The notes under the pieces were generated by a model. It was not told where the DNA came from, ran no database searches, and was given only the letters and a program-made list of their open reading frames with translations. DNA of 43,993 nucleotides, from the NCBI GenBank assembly GCA_903847485.1, contig CAINDV010000247.1:1-43993 (forward strand). Direction: 5' to 3'. The position numbers and the translations under genes are program-made. Of this stretch, positions 33,715-43,301 are shown piece after piece. This stretch comes from an uncultured Verrucomicrobiota bacterium. Its GTDB lineage: Bacteria > Verrucomicrobiota > Verrucomicrobiia > Limisphaerales > JAJXZI01. Each line of letters starts with the position of its first letter. The stretch's first letter is position 1.

Positions 33715-35922
33715 ATGACAAAAACCATCCTATACACCGCCGCCTTGGCCGCGCTGATCGCCCGGCCCGGCACCGCCCAAGTGCTCCTAAGCACCAACGG
33801 CACCACCTATACCCAAGACTTCAACTCGCTGGCTTCCATCGGGACGTCAGCCGCTTGGTCTGACAGCGTCACCCTGCCGGGCTGGTACGCCGCAAGGCAG
33901 CTTAACGGGCCAGTTTGGACGACTTACGCTGTCGGGGCGGGCACTGCCAACTCCGGTGCGATTTACAGCTTTGGCACCAATGGCGTCAGCGCTCTGACCA
34001 ACCGAGCCCTCGGCTCACTTGCTTCGGGCACTCCGAAAACCATCTATTACGGCGTTCGTTTTCAAAACGACACCGCCAATCTGATGACCAACGTCACCGT
34101 GTCCGTTACGGGTGAGCAGTGGCGAATGGGTGGCAATGCGACGGTCCATACCTTGGCTTTCAGCTACATCGTCAGCTCCTCACCCATTGGGGTTCCAGAG
34201 CTGACAAACACGACGATGCCTTGGGTCGCCTTCACTTCCTTGGACTTCAAGACCCCCTATGCCAGTTCAACTGCCGCAGTACCTCTTGACGGCCACGCCA
34301 CCACCAACCGTCAGTTGTTCATGAATATCAAGCTGCCCGATGATTCGGCGCTCCAACCGGGACAAGAGTTGTTTCTTCGATGGAGTGATCCAGATGACTC
34401 CGGCAGCGACCACGGCATGGCGATTGACGACCTCACGGTGAATTTCACTAGCGTTTACGTCCCGCCGACGGCCCCCACTATCACCACGCCGCCCGTCTCC
34501 ACCTCCGCCGATGTTTGGACGAGTACCGGCTTCTCGGTGGTTGCCGCTGGCACACCCCCGAAGACTTATCGCTGGTATCACAACGGAGTCGCCCTGACCA
34601 ATGACAGCACCTACTCCGGCACTAGCACTCCGAACTTAGCGATCACCAAAGTCGTTCATGCCAACGCTGGCGATTACACCGTGGTGGTTTCCAACGGGCT
34701 AGGTTCCGCGACGAACGACCCCGCCGCCACCCTGACCGTCAATGGCTTCGCCCTCACGCCGCTGCCCACGGCCTACACGCTGTCGGGCGAACCCACGCAG
34801 CCAGCCACCTTCAGCATCATCGAAGTCGGCTCAGACATTACTTCAGTGGTGGCTAGTTCCAGCGACCAATCGCTGGTGCCCGACGGCAACATCAGCCTTA
34901 CCAGTTCGGGCAATAACTATACTGTCGTGGTCACCCCGACGGCCGGTGCCTCTGGCGTGGCGGTCATCACCATCACCGTCACGGATGTGAACTCTTTCAT
35001 CGGCAAAGTGAGCTTCCCGGTGGAAGTGGTTCCTTCCACCTCAGTGCTCCTCAACGACAATTTCAAATACGGTCTGAGCACGCCGCTGGTGTCTGGCTCG
35101 GCCAACTTCTGGGCCAGCCACTCCGGCACGTTGAACGACTTGGGTGTGCTCAACAATCAGGCTATTCTGACCTTTGCCAAGACTGAGGACGTGGACACCC
35201 GGCTCATCGGAGCGCCTTACATGACCAACAGCGGCGTGACCCTTTACAGCAAGTTCACCGTCAACTTCAGCGCCCTGCCCAACGGCAACTACTTCGCCCA
35301 CTACATGGACACCAACACCGGCGCGGCTACCGGCTATGGTGCCCGCGTTTGGGCCAGCACGAACAACACGCCCCTCGGCCAATTCCGCCTTGGTATCGGC
35401 AACGGCTCCGCCGCCACTGCCACCAACGGCCAATACACCCTGGCCGACCTCAACTTGGGCACCACATATACCGTCGTCACCCGGTTCGTCCTGGCCACTG
35501 GCACGTCCACCATATGGGTTGACCCCATCTCGGAATCCAGCCCCAGTGCCACTGCCACGGACAGCACCAACACTCTTTCCAACGCCATCAACGTCGTCGC
35601 CTACGCCATGCGGCAGAGCTCGGGCATGGGCGCGATGGCGCTGGACGATCTGGTGGTGGGCAAGTCATGGAACGCTGTCATGGGCGTGGCGGAAGTCCCG
35701 GCGATCAGCATTACTTCCATCGTCCAGGTTGGGGGGGGGGTCACAATCAAATTCGACGCCAATGTGGGCGGGCCCTTTGAGCTTTGGAACGCGGGCGTCG
35801 TCGACGGCCCCTATTCCGGTCCGGCCGTTGGTACGACGATCACCACCTTGGGCCTGGGCAAGTACCAAGCCACCGTCCCCGCCTCGGGTGCCGCGCAGTT
35901 TTACCGCATCCGTCGGAACTAG
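33715..35922 (+). CDS. Secreted multidomain protein with an Ig (I-set-like) domain and a C-terminal F-Y-R tail module
   Basis: The ATG at 33715 gives the signal peptide MTKTILYTAALAALIARPGTAQ. The Ig-like segment is PPKTYRWYHNGVALTNDSTYSGTSTPNLAITKVVHANAGDYTVVVSNGLGSATNDPAATLTV. It ends ...AAQFYRIRRN. Confidence 0.75.
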   Translation: MTKTILYTAALAALIARPGTAQVLLSTNGTTYTQDFNSLASIGTSAAWSDSVTLPGWYAARQLNGPVWTTYAVGAGTANSGAIYSFGTNGVSALTNRALGSLASGTPKTIYYGVRFQNDTANLMTNVTVSVTGEQWRMGGNATVHTLAFSYIVSSSPIGVPELTNTTMPWVAFTSLDFKTPYASSTAAVPLDGHATTNRQLFMNIKLPDDSALQPGQELFLRWSDPDDSGSDHGMAIDDLTVNFTSVYVPPTAPTITTPPVSTSADVWTSTGFSVVAAGTPPKTYRWYHNGVALTNDSTYSGTSTPNLAITKVVHANAGDYTVVVSNGLGSATNDPAATLTVNGFALTPLPTAYTLSGEPTQPATFSIIEVGSDITSVVASSSDQSLVPDGNISLTSSGNNYTVVVTPTAGASGVAVITITVTDVNSFIGKVSFPVEVVPSTSVLLNDNFKYGLSTPLVSGSANFWASHSGTLNDLGVLNNQAILTFAKTEDVDTRLIGAPYMTNSGVTLYSKFTVNFSALPNGNYFAHYMDTNTGAATGYGARVWASTNNTPLGQFRLGIGNGSAATATNGQYTLADLNLGTTYTVVTRFVLATGTSTIWVDPISESSPSATATDSTNTLSNAINVVAYAMRQSSGMGAMALDDLVVGKSWNAVMGVAEVPAISITSIVQVGGGVTIKFDANVGGPFELWNAGVVDGPYSGPAVGTTITTLGLGKYQATVPASGAAQFYRIRRN

Positions 35923-35949
35923 CCGGATCGATCCCTTCTTCGGTTTCGC

Positions 35950-35985
35950 AAAGGCGGCGCACAAAGCGCCGCCTTTTTGTTGTTG
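35950..35985 (+). terminator. Rho-independent terminator
   Basis: aaaggcggcgc (35950-35960), loop acaaa, gcgccgccttt (35966-35976), followed by ttgttgttg. It lies 28 nt after the stop at 35922. Confidence 0.7.
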
Positions 35986-36243
35986 AAGCACCACTTAGGT
36001 TAACGCACCTCCGCTGCGGGAGGCGGCACGCTTTCATTGAAAGGCGTTAGCAAAGTAGGCGGAGCGGACGGTCATTGGATCAATGCCTATCCAACCCGCC
36101 AGCTCCGCCTGCGTCACTGAGCTTTCGAGATTGGTTGCGGCGGCGGGGCGTGGTTGGATTCTCGTCCCTCACGGCCTTGCCTGGCCGCACAATTACCCCG
36201 CAAATCTGCTGACGTGCCGGCGTGTGTGCGGTAGTCTGGGGCC

Positions 36244-37182
36244 ATGAGAATCGGATTAGTCATGGATGCCGACTTGGCTCGCCTCGATGCGGCGGCCAGA
36301 AGCGGGTTTCGTTCGCTGGAATGGATGGCCTTTGATCGCTCGCCAGCCGCGCCGCCGAACCACGATTGGCGGCCGTTTGCCGGGCAGTTCGCCGCCGCCG
36401 CACGCGACCGTGGCCTTCGGCTATCTGCGATTGGCGCGCTTTATCGCAATCCTCTCGATCCCGTGCAGACCGAGTCGGCCCGGGACGTGTTCACCCGTGC
36501 CATTGAGGTGGCTGCGCACTTGGGCGTGCGGACGGTGTCGGGTTTTCCCGGAGCGGTGATCGATCCGGAGATCAACCCGCGCGGAGGGAATCCGGTCTAT
36601 TCGGTGAGCGAGGCGCATCTGCCCCGGCTGCTGGAGTTCTGGGAGCCGCTGGCGCGTTTCGCCGCCGATCATGGGGTTCGCCTGGCCTTCGAGCATTGTC
36701 CGCAAGGACAGTTTCACCTGCCTGTCATGGGCTATAACATGCTGGCCCAGCCGGCGATGTGGGAACGCCTCTTCAACGCAACGCGCTGCGAGAACCTCGG
36801 GATCGAGTGGGACGCGGCGCACCTGGTTTGTCAGTTCATTGACCCGGTGGCGAATCTGCGGCGGTTTGGCGCGCGGGTGTTTCATGTCCACGCCAAGGAT
36901 GCCTTCATCAACCGGGCGTTGATCGAAGCCTGGGGCCTTTGTCATCCGGGCGTGGCGGAGCATCGCTGGCCGGGCTTCGGGCAATCGGACTGGGCGCAGA
37001 TCGTCCACGAGTTACTCCGGGCTGGCTACGATTCAGACCTAAATCTGGAAGGCCGGCATGACCCGGTGCTACGGGATCATCCAGCCGGGTCGGAAGGCGC
37101 GCTGGCGGGACGACAACTGGAGGAAGCGGGGGAGGTTGCCGCGCGGCGCTGGCTGGAGCAATTCGTGCCCGCAGAGGCGTAG
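36244..37182 (+). CDS. Sugar phosphate isomerase/epimerase (xylose-isomerase-like TIM barrel)
   Basis: 312-aa ORF. The pattern ...VSGFPG..., RLAFEHCP, VFHVHAKDAF and DLNLEGRHDP is typical of AP-endonuclease-2/xylose-isomerase-like TIM-barrel proteins. Confidence 0.75.
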   Translation: MRIGLVMDADLARLDAAARSGFRSLEWMAFDRSPAAPPNHDWRPFAGQFAAAARDRGLRLSAIGALYRNPLDPVQTESARDVFTRAIEVAAHLGVRTVSGFPGAVIDPEINPRGGNPVYSVSEAHLPRLLEFWEPLARFAADHGVRLAFEHCPQGQFHLPVMGYNMLAQPAMWERLFNATRCENLGIEWDAAHLVCQFIDPVANLRRFGARVFHVHAKDAFINRALIEAWGLCHPGVAEHRWPGFGQSDWAQIVHELLRAGYDSDLNLEGRHDPVLRDHPAGSEGALAGRQLEEAGEVAARRWLEQFVPAEA

Positions 37183-37303
37183 TAGGGCGGTCTGTCGCGG
37201 CGGGCTGGTGGGTTGGGCGAAGGAGGTCTTTTGATTTCGGGACCAGCACGGCATTTTTGTTCTTGTCGAACGCCGATGTTGTCGCCAGCTTCCCTGAAAT
37301 TCT

Positions 37304-38719
37304 ATGAACACATCACCACTTAGTGGCGGCCTTAGCCGCCGTCGTTTTCTCGCCGCCACCGGGTTCGCCCTGGTCGCGCCCACCATCATTCCCGCCAGCG
37401 CCTTCGGCCAAAATGGCCGCACTGCGCCCTCCAATCGCATCATCATGGGCGTGGTCGGTTGGGGCATGCAAGGGCCGGGGAACACCGGTAACTTCATGAA
37501 CGAGGCTGACTGCCAAGTGGTAGCCGCTTGCGATCTGAACAAGCACAACCTGCAATCCGCAGTCAATTCGGTCAACGGCCATTACAAGAACAAGGACTGC
37601 AAGGCCTATCACGATTTCCGCGAGATGATGGCACGCACCGACATTGACGCCGTAATGCTGGCGGTGCCCGACCACTGGCATGCGCTGGTTGCCGTCGAGG
37701 CCGCCAACAACAAGAAGGACATTTACGGCGAGAAGCCGCTGGCCCGGACTATCGCCGAGCAGCAGGCCATGGTGAAAGCCGTGCAGCGTAACAAGCGCAT
37801 GTGGCAGACTGGTTCCTGGCAGCGGTCGGAAAGGAACTTCCACTATGGCGCGGAAATTGTCCGCAACGGACTCATCGGCAAGGTGAAGCGTGTGGAAGTC
37901 GGCCTGCCGGACGGGCACAACGATTTCGCCGGCACCGCCGGGCCGCTGCAGGAGAAACTCGCCAAAATCCCTGGCGCACCCAACGATCTCGCGAAGGTTG
38001 TCCCCGGGACCGCAGCTTGGGACGCCGCCGTTTCCGCGCCCCCGGAGGATTTGGATTACGAGTTCTGGCTAGGACCGTCGCGAAAAGAGCCGTACATCCA
38101 CGCCCGTGTTTTCATGAACTGGCGCTGGAACTACAACACCGGCGGTGGCCAGTTGCTCGATTGGATCGGTCATCACTGTGACATCGCGCACTGGGGGCTG
38201 GGGAACGACGACAAGATCGGGCCTTCCGAGGTTGAGGGCCAGGGCGAATTCCCGCCCAAAGATGCCATCTGGAACACTTGCACCAAGTACCGCGTCACCT
38301 GCAAGTATCCGAACGATATCGAGTTCATCATCGCGGGTGGCCACGGCGACATTCGCGGCGGCACCAAGTGGATCGGCACCGACGGCCGCTGGGTCTGGGT
38401 GGATCGCGGCAATGCCTTCGAGTCCTCCAACGCCACCTGGGGCGACACGCGCAACTTGCCGGAGGACCAGCGCAAAGTGAAGCTCATCAAGACCAAGAAT
38501 CACTACCGGGACTTCCTCGATGCGGTGAAGTCACGCCAACCCACCGTTTCGCCGGTGGAAGTGGCCCATCACTCCGCCATTCCTGGGCACCTGGGGCTTA
38601 TCTCTATGCTCGTCGGCCGGAAGATCAATTGGGATGCGGCGAAGGAAGTCATCCTCGACGACGCAGAAGCCAGCAAGCTGCTCACGCGTCCGTATCGGAC
38701 ACCGTGGAAGCTCGCCTGA
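37304..38719 (+). CDS. Gfo/Idh/MocA-family oxidoreductase with a twin-arginine signal
   Basis: TAT motif LSRRRFLAATGFALV, Rossmann GVVGWGMQGPGN, and ...DAVMLAVPDHWHA...EKPLA. Confidence 0.87.
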   Translation: MNTSPLSGGLSRRRFLAATGFALVAPTIIPASAFGQNGRTAPSNRIIMGVVGWGMQGPGNTGNFMNEADCQVVAACDLNKHNLQSAVNSVNGHYKNKDCKAYHDFREMMARTDIDAVMLAVPDHWHALVAVEAANNKKDIYGEKPLARTIAEQQAMVKAVQRNKRMWQTGSWQRSERNFHYGAEIVRNGLIGKVKRVEVGLPDGHNDFAGTAGPLQEKLAKIPGAPNDLAKVVPGTAAWDAAVSAPPEDLDYEFWLGPSRKEPYIHARVFMNWRWNYNTGGGQLLDWIGHHCDIAHWGLGNDDKIGPSEVEGQGEFPPKDAIWNTCTKYRVTCKYPNDIEFIIAGGHGDIRGGTKWIGTDGRWVWVDRGNAFESSNATWGDTRNLPEDQRKVKLIKTKNHYRDFLDAVKSRQPTVSPVEVAHHSAIPGHLGLISMLVGRKINWDAAKEVILDDAEASKLLTRPYRTPWKLA

Positions 38720-38722
38720 GCC

Positions 38723-38784
38723 GTGCCTCTGCGGTCGGTTGGTGGCTGACGCAGCCCCCAACCGACTCAGAACCGCTGAGGCAC
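38723..38784. terminator. GC-rich bulged hairpin between convergent genes (possible bidirectional terminator, no U-tract)
   Basis: gtgcctc/gaggcac (38723-29 / 38778-84), gcgg/ccgc (38731-34 / 38773-76), tcggttgg/ccaaccga (38735-42 / 38758-65), with an inner ggctg-acg-cagcc. It starts 4 nt after the stop at 38719. Confidence 0.35.
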
Positions 38785-38915
38785 AGACGCCTTCTGGTTC
38801 GAGCTTCCGTCTCACCCGCCGGTGACCTCGGTCACTCGGCGGGTGAGTTGTTCTCGACCGGCATTCCTGGCGGCTGCGGCTGAGAAAGCCACGCGCCGTG
38901 CCAAAACGGTTGCGG

Positions 38916-39215
38916 CTACGCGGCTTCGCCGCGCACCTTCGACTTCTTGGACTCCAACTCCTCCTGCGCCTTGCGCCGGTCTGTGGCGAGTTGCTTCTCC
39001 AATTCGGCGGCCTTGTCTTCGTTGCCGGCAGCGCGCGCCGCGGCAAGCTGCGGTTGCGCTGCAATTTCCCGCTCGGCGATCCTCGCCTTGCACCGGGTTT
39101 CCAGTTCGGCGATTTCCCTCTTCTGTGCGGGGGTGAGTTTGACGGCGGGGGCGGTCTTGGTCAGCCGCTCCATGGCGAGTTCGTAGGCGGATTTCATAGG
39201 ATGTAAGGTGGGCAA
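38916..39215 (-). CDS. Small charged coiled-coil protein, hypothetical
   Basis: 99-aa ORF starting 13 nt downstream of trxB on the same strand. Its composition is Lys/Glu/Ala-rich helical (KREIAELETRCKARIAEREI...). An alternative ATG lies at 39197. Several overlapping alternative-frame ORFs lower the confidence. Confidence 0.45.
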   Translation of the reverse strand: MPTLHPMKSAYELAMERLTKTAPAVKLTPAQKREIAELETRCKARIAEREIAAQPQLAAARAAGNEDKAAELEKQLATDRRKAQEELESKKSKVRGEAA

Positions 39216-39227
39216 AATGATCGGTGC

Positions 39228-40157
39228 TCAGACGTTCAAGCCGGCGAGGTAACGCTCGGTCTCGATGGCCGCCGCGCAGCCCATGCCAGCGGCGGTGATG
39301 GCCTGACGGTGAACGCGGTCGGCGCAATCACCAGCGACAAATACGCCGGGGATGTTCGTAGCCGCGCCCTGTTGCGGAAGGATGTAGCCCGCCTCGTCCA
39401 TGGTGATGACGCCCTTGAACAGGGCGGTGTTGGGCACATGACCGATGGCGATGAAGACGCCAGCGCAAGCCACCACGCTTTCGGCCTGGGTTTTCAAATT
39501 CTTGACCCGCACTCCCGTGACTTTGTCCTGGCTCACGTCGAGCACTTCGATGACGGCGGCGTCCCAGATCGGTTTGAGCTTCGGGTGGGCGAGAACGCGG
39601 TCGGCCATGATTTTGGACGCCCGCAACGTGTCACGCCGGTGGATGAGATGCACGGCGGAGCCGAAGCGCGTGAGGTAGAGCGCCTCTTCGGCCGCCGAAT
39701 CGCCGCCGCCCACGACGACGAGGGGTTGGTTGCGGAAGAGGGGCAGGGCACCGTCGCAGGTGGCGCAGTAGGTGACGCCTTTGGTTTCGAGTTTCGCTTC
39801 ACTCTCAATGCCCAGATGCCGGTGGCCGGCACCGCTGGCGATGATCATGGTCTGGGTTTCCACGCGCTCGCCGTCCACGGTGAGAACGAACGGAGCGCGG
39901 GCCAGATCCACGGCCTCGACGGTGCTGAACTGGACGCGGGCACCGAAACGCTCGGCCTGCTTTTGCATCCGCGTCATCAACTCGTAACCGTCAATGCCGT
40001 CCGGGAATCCGGGGAAGTTCTCCACGGTGCTGGTGGTGGTGAGCAGTCCGCCCGGTTGGGTGCCGGTGAGGACGAGCGGGTTGAGGTTGGCGCGGGCGGT
40101 GTAAAGGGCGGCGGTCAACCCGGCGCAGCCCGAACCCATGATGACGACTTTTTCCAT
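39228..40157 (-). CDS. trxB: Thioredoxin-disulfide reductase
   Basis: FAD site VVIMGSGCAGLTAALY, redox-active CATCDG, NADPH site VVGGGDSAAEEALYL, and C-terminal GVFVAGDC. Confidence 0.93.
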   Translation of the reverse strand: MEKVVIMGSGCAGLTAALYTARANLNPLVLTGTQPGGLLTTTSTVENFPGFPDGIDGYELMTRMQKQAERFGARVQFSTVEAVDLARAPFVLTVDGERVETQTMIIASGAGHRHLGIESEAKLETKGVTYCATCDGALPLFRNQPLVVVGGGDSAAEEALYLTRFGSAVHLIHRRDTLRASKIMADRVLAHPKLKPIWDAAVIEVLDVSQDKVTGVRVKNLKTQAESVVACAGVFIAIGHVPNTALFKGVITMDEAGYILPQQGAATNIPGVFVAGDCADRVHRQAITAAGMGCAAAIETERYLAGLNV

Positions 40158-40208
40158 AGCGGCAGCAGGCTAGTCATCACACGAACCGATGGCAAGCCCG
40201 GCGCGGCG

Positions 40209-41957
40209 CTACGGGCTGGCTCCGAGCTGATTGGTGGCGGGCGGGGCGGGCGGGGGAGCGGCGGGGGCCAATCGGTTCAGCTCCTGTTGGTAGCTTTCCA
40301 CCAAACCTGGCTGGAGCTTCCGCGCCAGCGGCAAGGCGGCGCGCAGCACGGTGAGGCGGTCGCGGTAATCCGGGAAGCTGGTGAGGAACTCGCGGTAGGT
40401 TTGCAGGGCGTCGGCGTCGCGACCGGCGACCAGCAGTGCGGACGCAAGGTTAAGTATGATGCGGATGCGCTGCTGGAGTGATGGATTCTGTTTCAAGGCC
40501 CGGGTCCAGGCGTGGGCGGCGGAAGACGGCTTGCCTTGGGCTTGGAAGAGGTCGCCGAGCTTTTCGAGGAGCACGGGGCTGGTCTTGGTTGCCGGGATTT
40601 GTTCCAGCAGGTCGGAGGTCTGCGCCGGCGAAAAGCCGCGGAGGCGGTTGAAGTTGAGCACCCGGAGATAGGACCATTGGGTCAACGGACTGCCGCGCTG
40701 CACCAAGGCTTCGTGCAGTTTCTGCATATCCTGGCCGGAGGGCCGGTAGAGCGGATCACCCACCACCGTGGTCATCCAGGACAGGCTGGCCTGGCCGGCG
40801 TAGGCGGCTTCACCGAAAGTGAAACCGAGCAACAGCCAGCGGCTCATGAACGTCCCCACGTCCGGCGTGCCGCCGATGTAAGGCTCCCAAACGCTGCCCA
40901 TGGACGCGGTGGCGCCTTTGGCGATCAGCGGTCCCGTCCAACCGGCAGTCTTGGAACGTAGGGTATGAGCGCTGTACGAATGCAGGTGGTAGGCAAATGC
41001 GCCGGGCATGAACTCCACCTGGTTCAAAACAAACGGCCCGGCGACATTCTCGGTGTACCAGCCAGCGTAGAAAGCCACCTGGCTCAGCGGAAACGACATG
41101 GGCAAAACTTCGGGAGCGGTGTCCACCACCGTCTCGAAACCAGCGAAAGTGGCGGCCTCGGCGGCGATGCCGATCCAGCGGTCGCCCAGCGCGTAACCGC
41201 CGTTGGTGATGCCGCGCAGGTCAAAGTAGGCCCGGCCCCACAGCCCGTCCGTCTCGGCCTGCAGCGCCTTGTCCACCAAGCCACGGGCGATCCCGACGGA
41301 AAGCCCGTCCAGGCGCGACACCATGAGCACGCCGTTGGTCGGATGGATCAGCGCGGCGTTGGTGGTGGTGTAAATGGGATTGTTGGCGGGGCCGAAGAAA
41401 CGCATGAGCTTTTTCGGCCAGGGGAGCAGCGCCAGTTCGCTGTCCACAGCGGCTTCGCTGCGGCGCATTTCCGGGCGCATGGTTTCGACGCCAGCTTCCA
41501 CGATGTTCGTTTCCGACAGAATTCGCAGCGGCATCCCATAGCACAGTACCAAGTAACGGACCTTGGAGCTGACCACGCCCTCGACCGTGCGGGCCGGCTG
41601 CTCGTTGGTGGCGCTGGTGGTTTTGACCGGACCCATTTTCCAAAAGCCCTTTTTTTCAAAGAGTTGGGCCAAGGCCTCGTGAATTTCCGTCTGGTAAGTG
41701 CCCCGCGAAATCGTTTCCTCCGTGGGCACATCCAGCCCGACGACCTGTCCCTTTGGCACCTGCCGCCGCTCCGCATAGTGTTCGGCGACAGATTTAGAGC
41801 CGGTCATCCGCTTGTTGTAAACTACGACCACTTCGTCGCCCGGATTGCCGGCCAGGGCGGAAGTGGCGGTGCCAAAGATCAGGCCCGCCAGCGCAAGGAC
41901 CACCCAGCCGCACCGGCAATCGGGTGCCCACATTGTCGTTCGATAAAAGTTAGTCAT
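40209..41957 (-). CDS. Exported protein resembling the TIGR03790 family, with C-terminal TPR-like repeats
   Basis: 582-aa ORF with an N-terminal hydrophobic anchor. [36 protein letters not shown] resembles the start of TIGR03790 proteins, as I recall them. The helical-repeat tail reads [16 protein letters not shown]...[16 protein letters not shown]. It overlaps the upstream MBL gene by 8 nt. Confidence 0.55.
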   Translation of the reverse strand: MTNFYRTTMWAPDCRCGWVVLALAGLIFGTATSALAGNPGDEVVVVYNKRMTGSKSVAEHYAERRQVPKGQVVGLDVPTEETISRGTYQTEIHEALAQLFEKKGFWKMGPVKTTSATNEQPARTVEGVVSSKVRYLVLCYGMPLRILSETNIVEAGVETMRPEMRRSEAAVDSELALLPWPKKLMRFFGPANNPIYTTTNAALIHPTNGVLMVSRLDGLSVGIARGLVDKALQAETDGLWGRAYFDLRGITNGGYALGDRWIGIAAEAATFAGFETVVDTAPEVLPMSFPLSQVAFYAGWYTENVAGPFVLNQVEFMPGAFAYHLHSYSAHTLRSKTAGWTGPLIAKGATASMGSVWEPYIGGTPDVGTFMSRWLLLGFTFGEAAYAGQASLSWMTTVVGDPLYRPSGQDMQKLHEALVQRGSPLTQWSYLRVLNFNRLRGFSPAQTSDLLEQIPATKTSPVLLEKLGDLFQAQGKPSSAAHAWTRALKQNPSLQQRIRIILNLASALLVAGRDADALQTYREFLTSFPDYRDRLTVLRAALPLARKLQPGLVESYQQELNRLAPAAPPPAPPATNQLGASP

Positions 41958-42738
41958 TCAAAGTTACTTTCAAACCATCATAGGCCAGTTGCACACCGTC
42001 TGGCAATTCGGCTTGGGCCACGTCGTGGTCGTAATCATGCGTCAAGTGCGTGAAGAACGTCCGCGCCGCGCCGATCCGCCGCGCCGCCGTCAACGCTTCG
42101 TCCAGGCACATGTGCGTCGGATGTGGCTTCGGCCGAAGCGCGTCGAGCACGGCGACTTCCACGCCCGGCAACTGCTCCATCACTTTGACCGGCACTTCCT
42201 TGCAATCACTCAAATATGCCAGCCGTTTTCTTCCGGCCTGCTCGAACAGGTAGCCGTTGGTCAGCGCCGCGCCGTGCGGCAATTCTAGCGGCGTGATGCG
42301 CAAATCTCCCAGCTCGAACGGCCCGTCCACCACATGCGGCTCCGGGATGAAGTAGCCCTTCGGCCAGGGGCCGTCGTGGAAGGCGTAGCTGAACACCCGG
42401 CGCAGCGCGTCCATCGTCTCCTGGTTCGCGTAAATCGGCAGCCCGCGTCCGCCGCGCAAGTCGCAGAAGCGCCGGCAGTCGTCCAAGCCCATGATGTGGT
42501 CCGCGTGCCGGTGCGTGAAGATCACCGCGTCCAGCCAGCGGAGATTCTCGCGCAGGCACTGGATGCGAAACTCCGGCGTCGTGTCCACCACCAACTTCAC
42601 CGCGTCCGTGGCCACGTAGATCGAAGGCCGGGTGCGATGGTTCTTCGGGTTCGCCAGGAACGCCGATGGATAATCCTTGCCGATGAGCGGCACGCCTTGC
42701 GAAGTGCCGCTGCCCAGGAAGAGAAAGGTGAAGGACAT
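41950..42738 (-). CDS. MBL-fold metallo-hydrolase (PhnP/GPMB-like)
   Basis: The ATG at 42738 gives [17 protein letters not shown], then the HxHxDH motif [14 protein letters not shown]. The longer ORF-track start (42957) would translate the heptamer-repeat array and is rejected. Confidence 0.85.
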   Translation of the reverse strand: MSFTFLFLGSGTSQGVPLIGKDYPSAFLANPKNHRTRPSIYVATDAVKLVVDTTPEFRIQCLRENLRWLDAVIFTHRHADHIMGLDDCRRFCDLRGGRGLPIYANQETMDALRRVFSYAFHDGPWPKGYFIPEPHVVDGPFELGDLRITPLELPHGAALTNGYLFEQAGRKRLAYLSDCKEVPVKVMEQLPGVEVAVLDALRPKPHPTHMCLDEALTAARRIGAARTFFTHLTHDYDHDVAQAELPDGVQLAYDGLKVTLND

Positions 42739-42781
42739 GATGGCGCGTGGTTTCAGCTTCCTATGATGCCAGGGGTCGGGG

Positions 42782-42844
42782 CCGAAAATCCGAAATCCGA
42801 AATCCGAGGTCCGAAGGAAGTCCGAAATCCGAAATCCGAAAAAC
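42782..42844. repeat. Tandem heptamer array (TCCGAAA-like, ~8 units)
   Basis: ccgaaaatccgaaatccgaaatccgaggtccgaaggaagtccgaaatccgaaatccgaaaaa. Confidence 0.85.
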
Positions 42845-42968
42845 ACCGCACCGCGTGCCAGCGGTGCCGCGAGAACTTGGCCGAAAGACGGCTTCCGGTT
42901 AGGCCGTAACCACTCAATGGAGTTCCACCGCAAAGGCGCAGCGCGGCAGAGCCGCAACCAAAAGGTAA

Positions 42969-43060
42969 AGCCGAGTAAACCGCAGAGACGCGAAGAACGC
43001 AGAGACTCGCGGAAGGAATGTCTTCTCTGCGTTCTTCACGTCTCTGCGGTTTACTCGGCT
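42969..43060. repeat. Long REP-like hairpin (37-bp stem, 1 mismatch, 18-nt loop)
   Basis: The left arm agccgagtaaaccgcagagacgcgaagaacgcagaga (42969-43005) is the reverse complement of tctctgcgttcttcacgtctctgcggtttactcggct (43024-43060) except for one base. Confidence 0.85.
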
Positions 43061-43173
43061 CGGTCTTCCAGTTGCGTCTTTGCGTTAAGAGCAATCCGCC
43101 CGACTGACTAGCCACAGCGAAGCTCGACCAGCGCCGGTGGCTTCGCCTGGAAGCTCTCGCCAGCCGGCCGCAA

Positions 43174-43230
43174 TTCGGATTTCGGATTTCGGATTTCATT
43201 CGTATTTCGGATTTCGGGCTTCGGGCTTCG
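43174..43230. repeat. Tandem heptamer array (TTTCGGA-like), inverted relative to 42782-42844
   Basis: ttcggatttcggatttcggatttcattcgtatttcggatttcgggcttcgggcttcg. Confidence 0.85.
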
Positions 43231-43301
43231 CGCTCGTCGCGCCATTTTTCTTTTGCCCATTGGCCGTCCAACCGTTCAAATGGACGCCATACACAGTAGC
43301 C

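Noticed and set aside
41950-42957. The 335-aa ORF-track version of the MBL hydrolase.
   Set aside because: The extra 73 N-terminal codons translate the heptamer array ([18 protein letters not shown]). The conserved MBL N-terminus [11 protein letters not shown] begins at the internal ATG (42738).
42782-43230. The repeat-rich region was considered as a CRISPR array.
   Set aside because: The units are 7 nt in tandem with no spacers, plus a single long hairpin. There are no 25-40-nt direct repeats with unique spacers and no cas genes.
43232-43301. I looked for an SOS (LexA) box upstream of recN.
   Set aside because: I found only a weak CGTCCA-N10-TGGACG inverted repeat (43265-43286). There is no TGTTC-N4-GAACA-type or CTGT-N8-ACAG-type box. 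Six-bp arms are not significant on their own.
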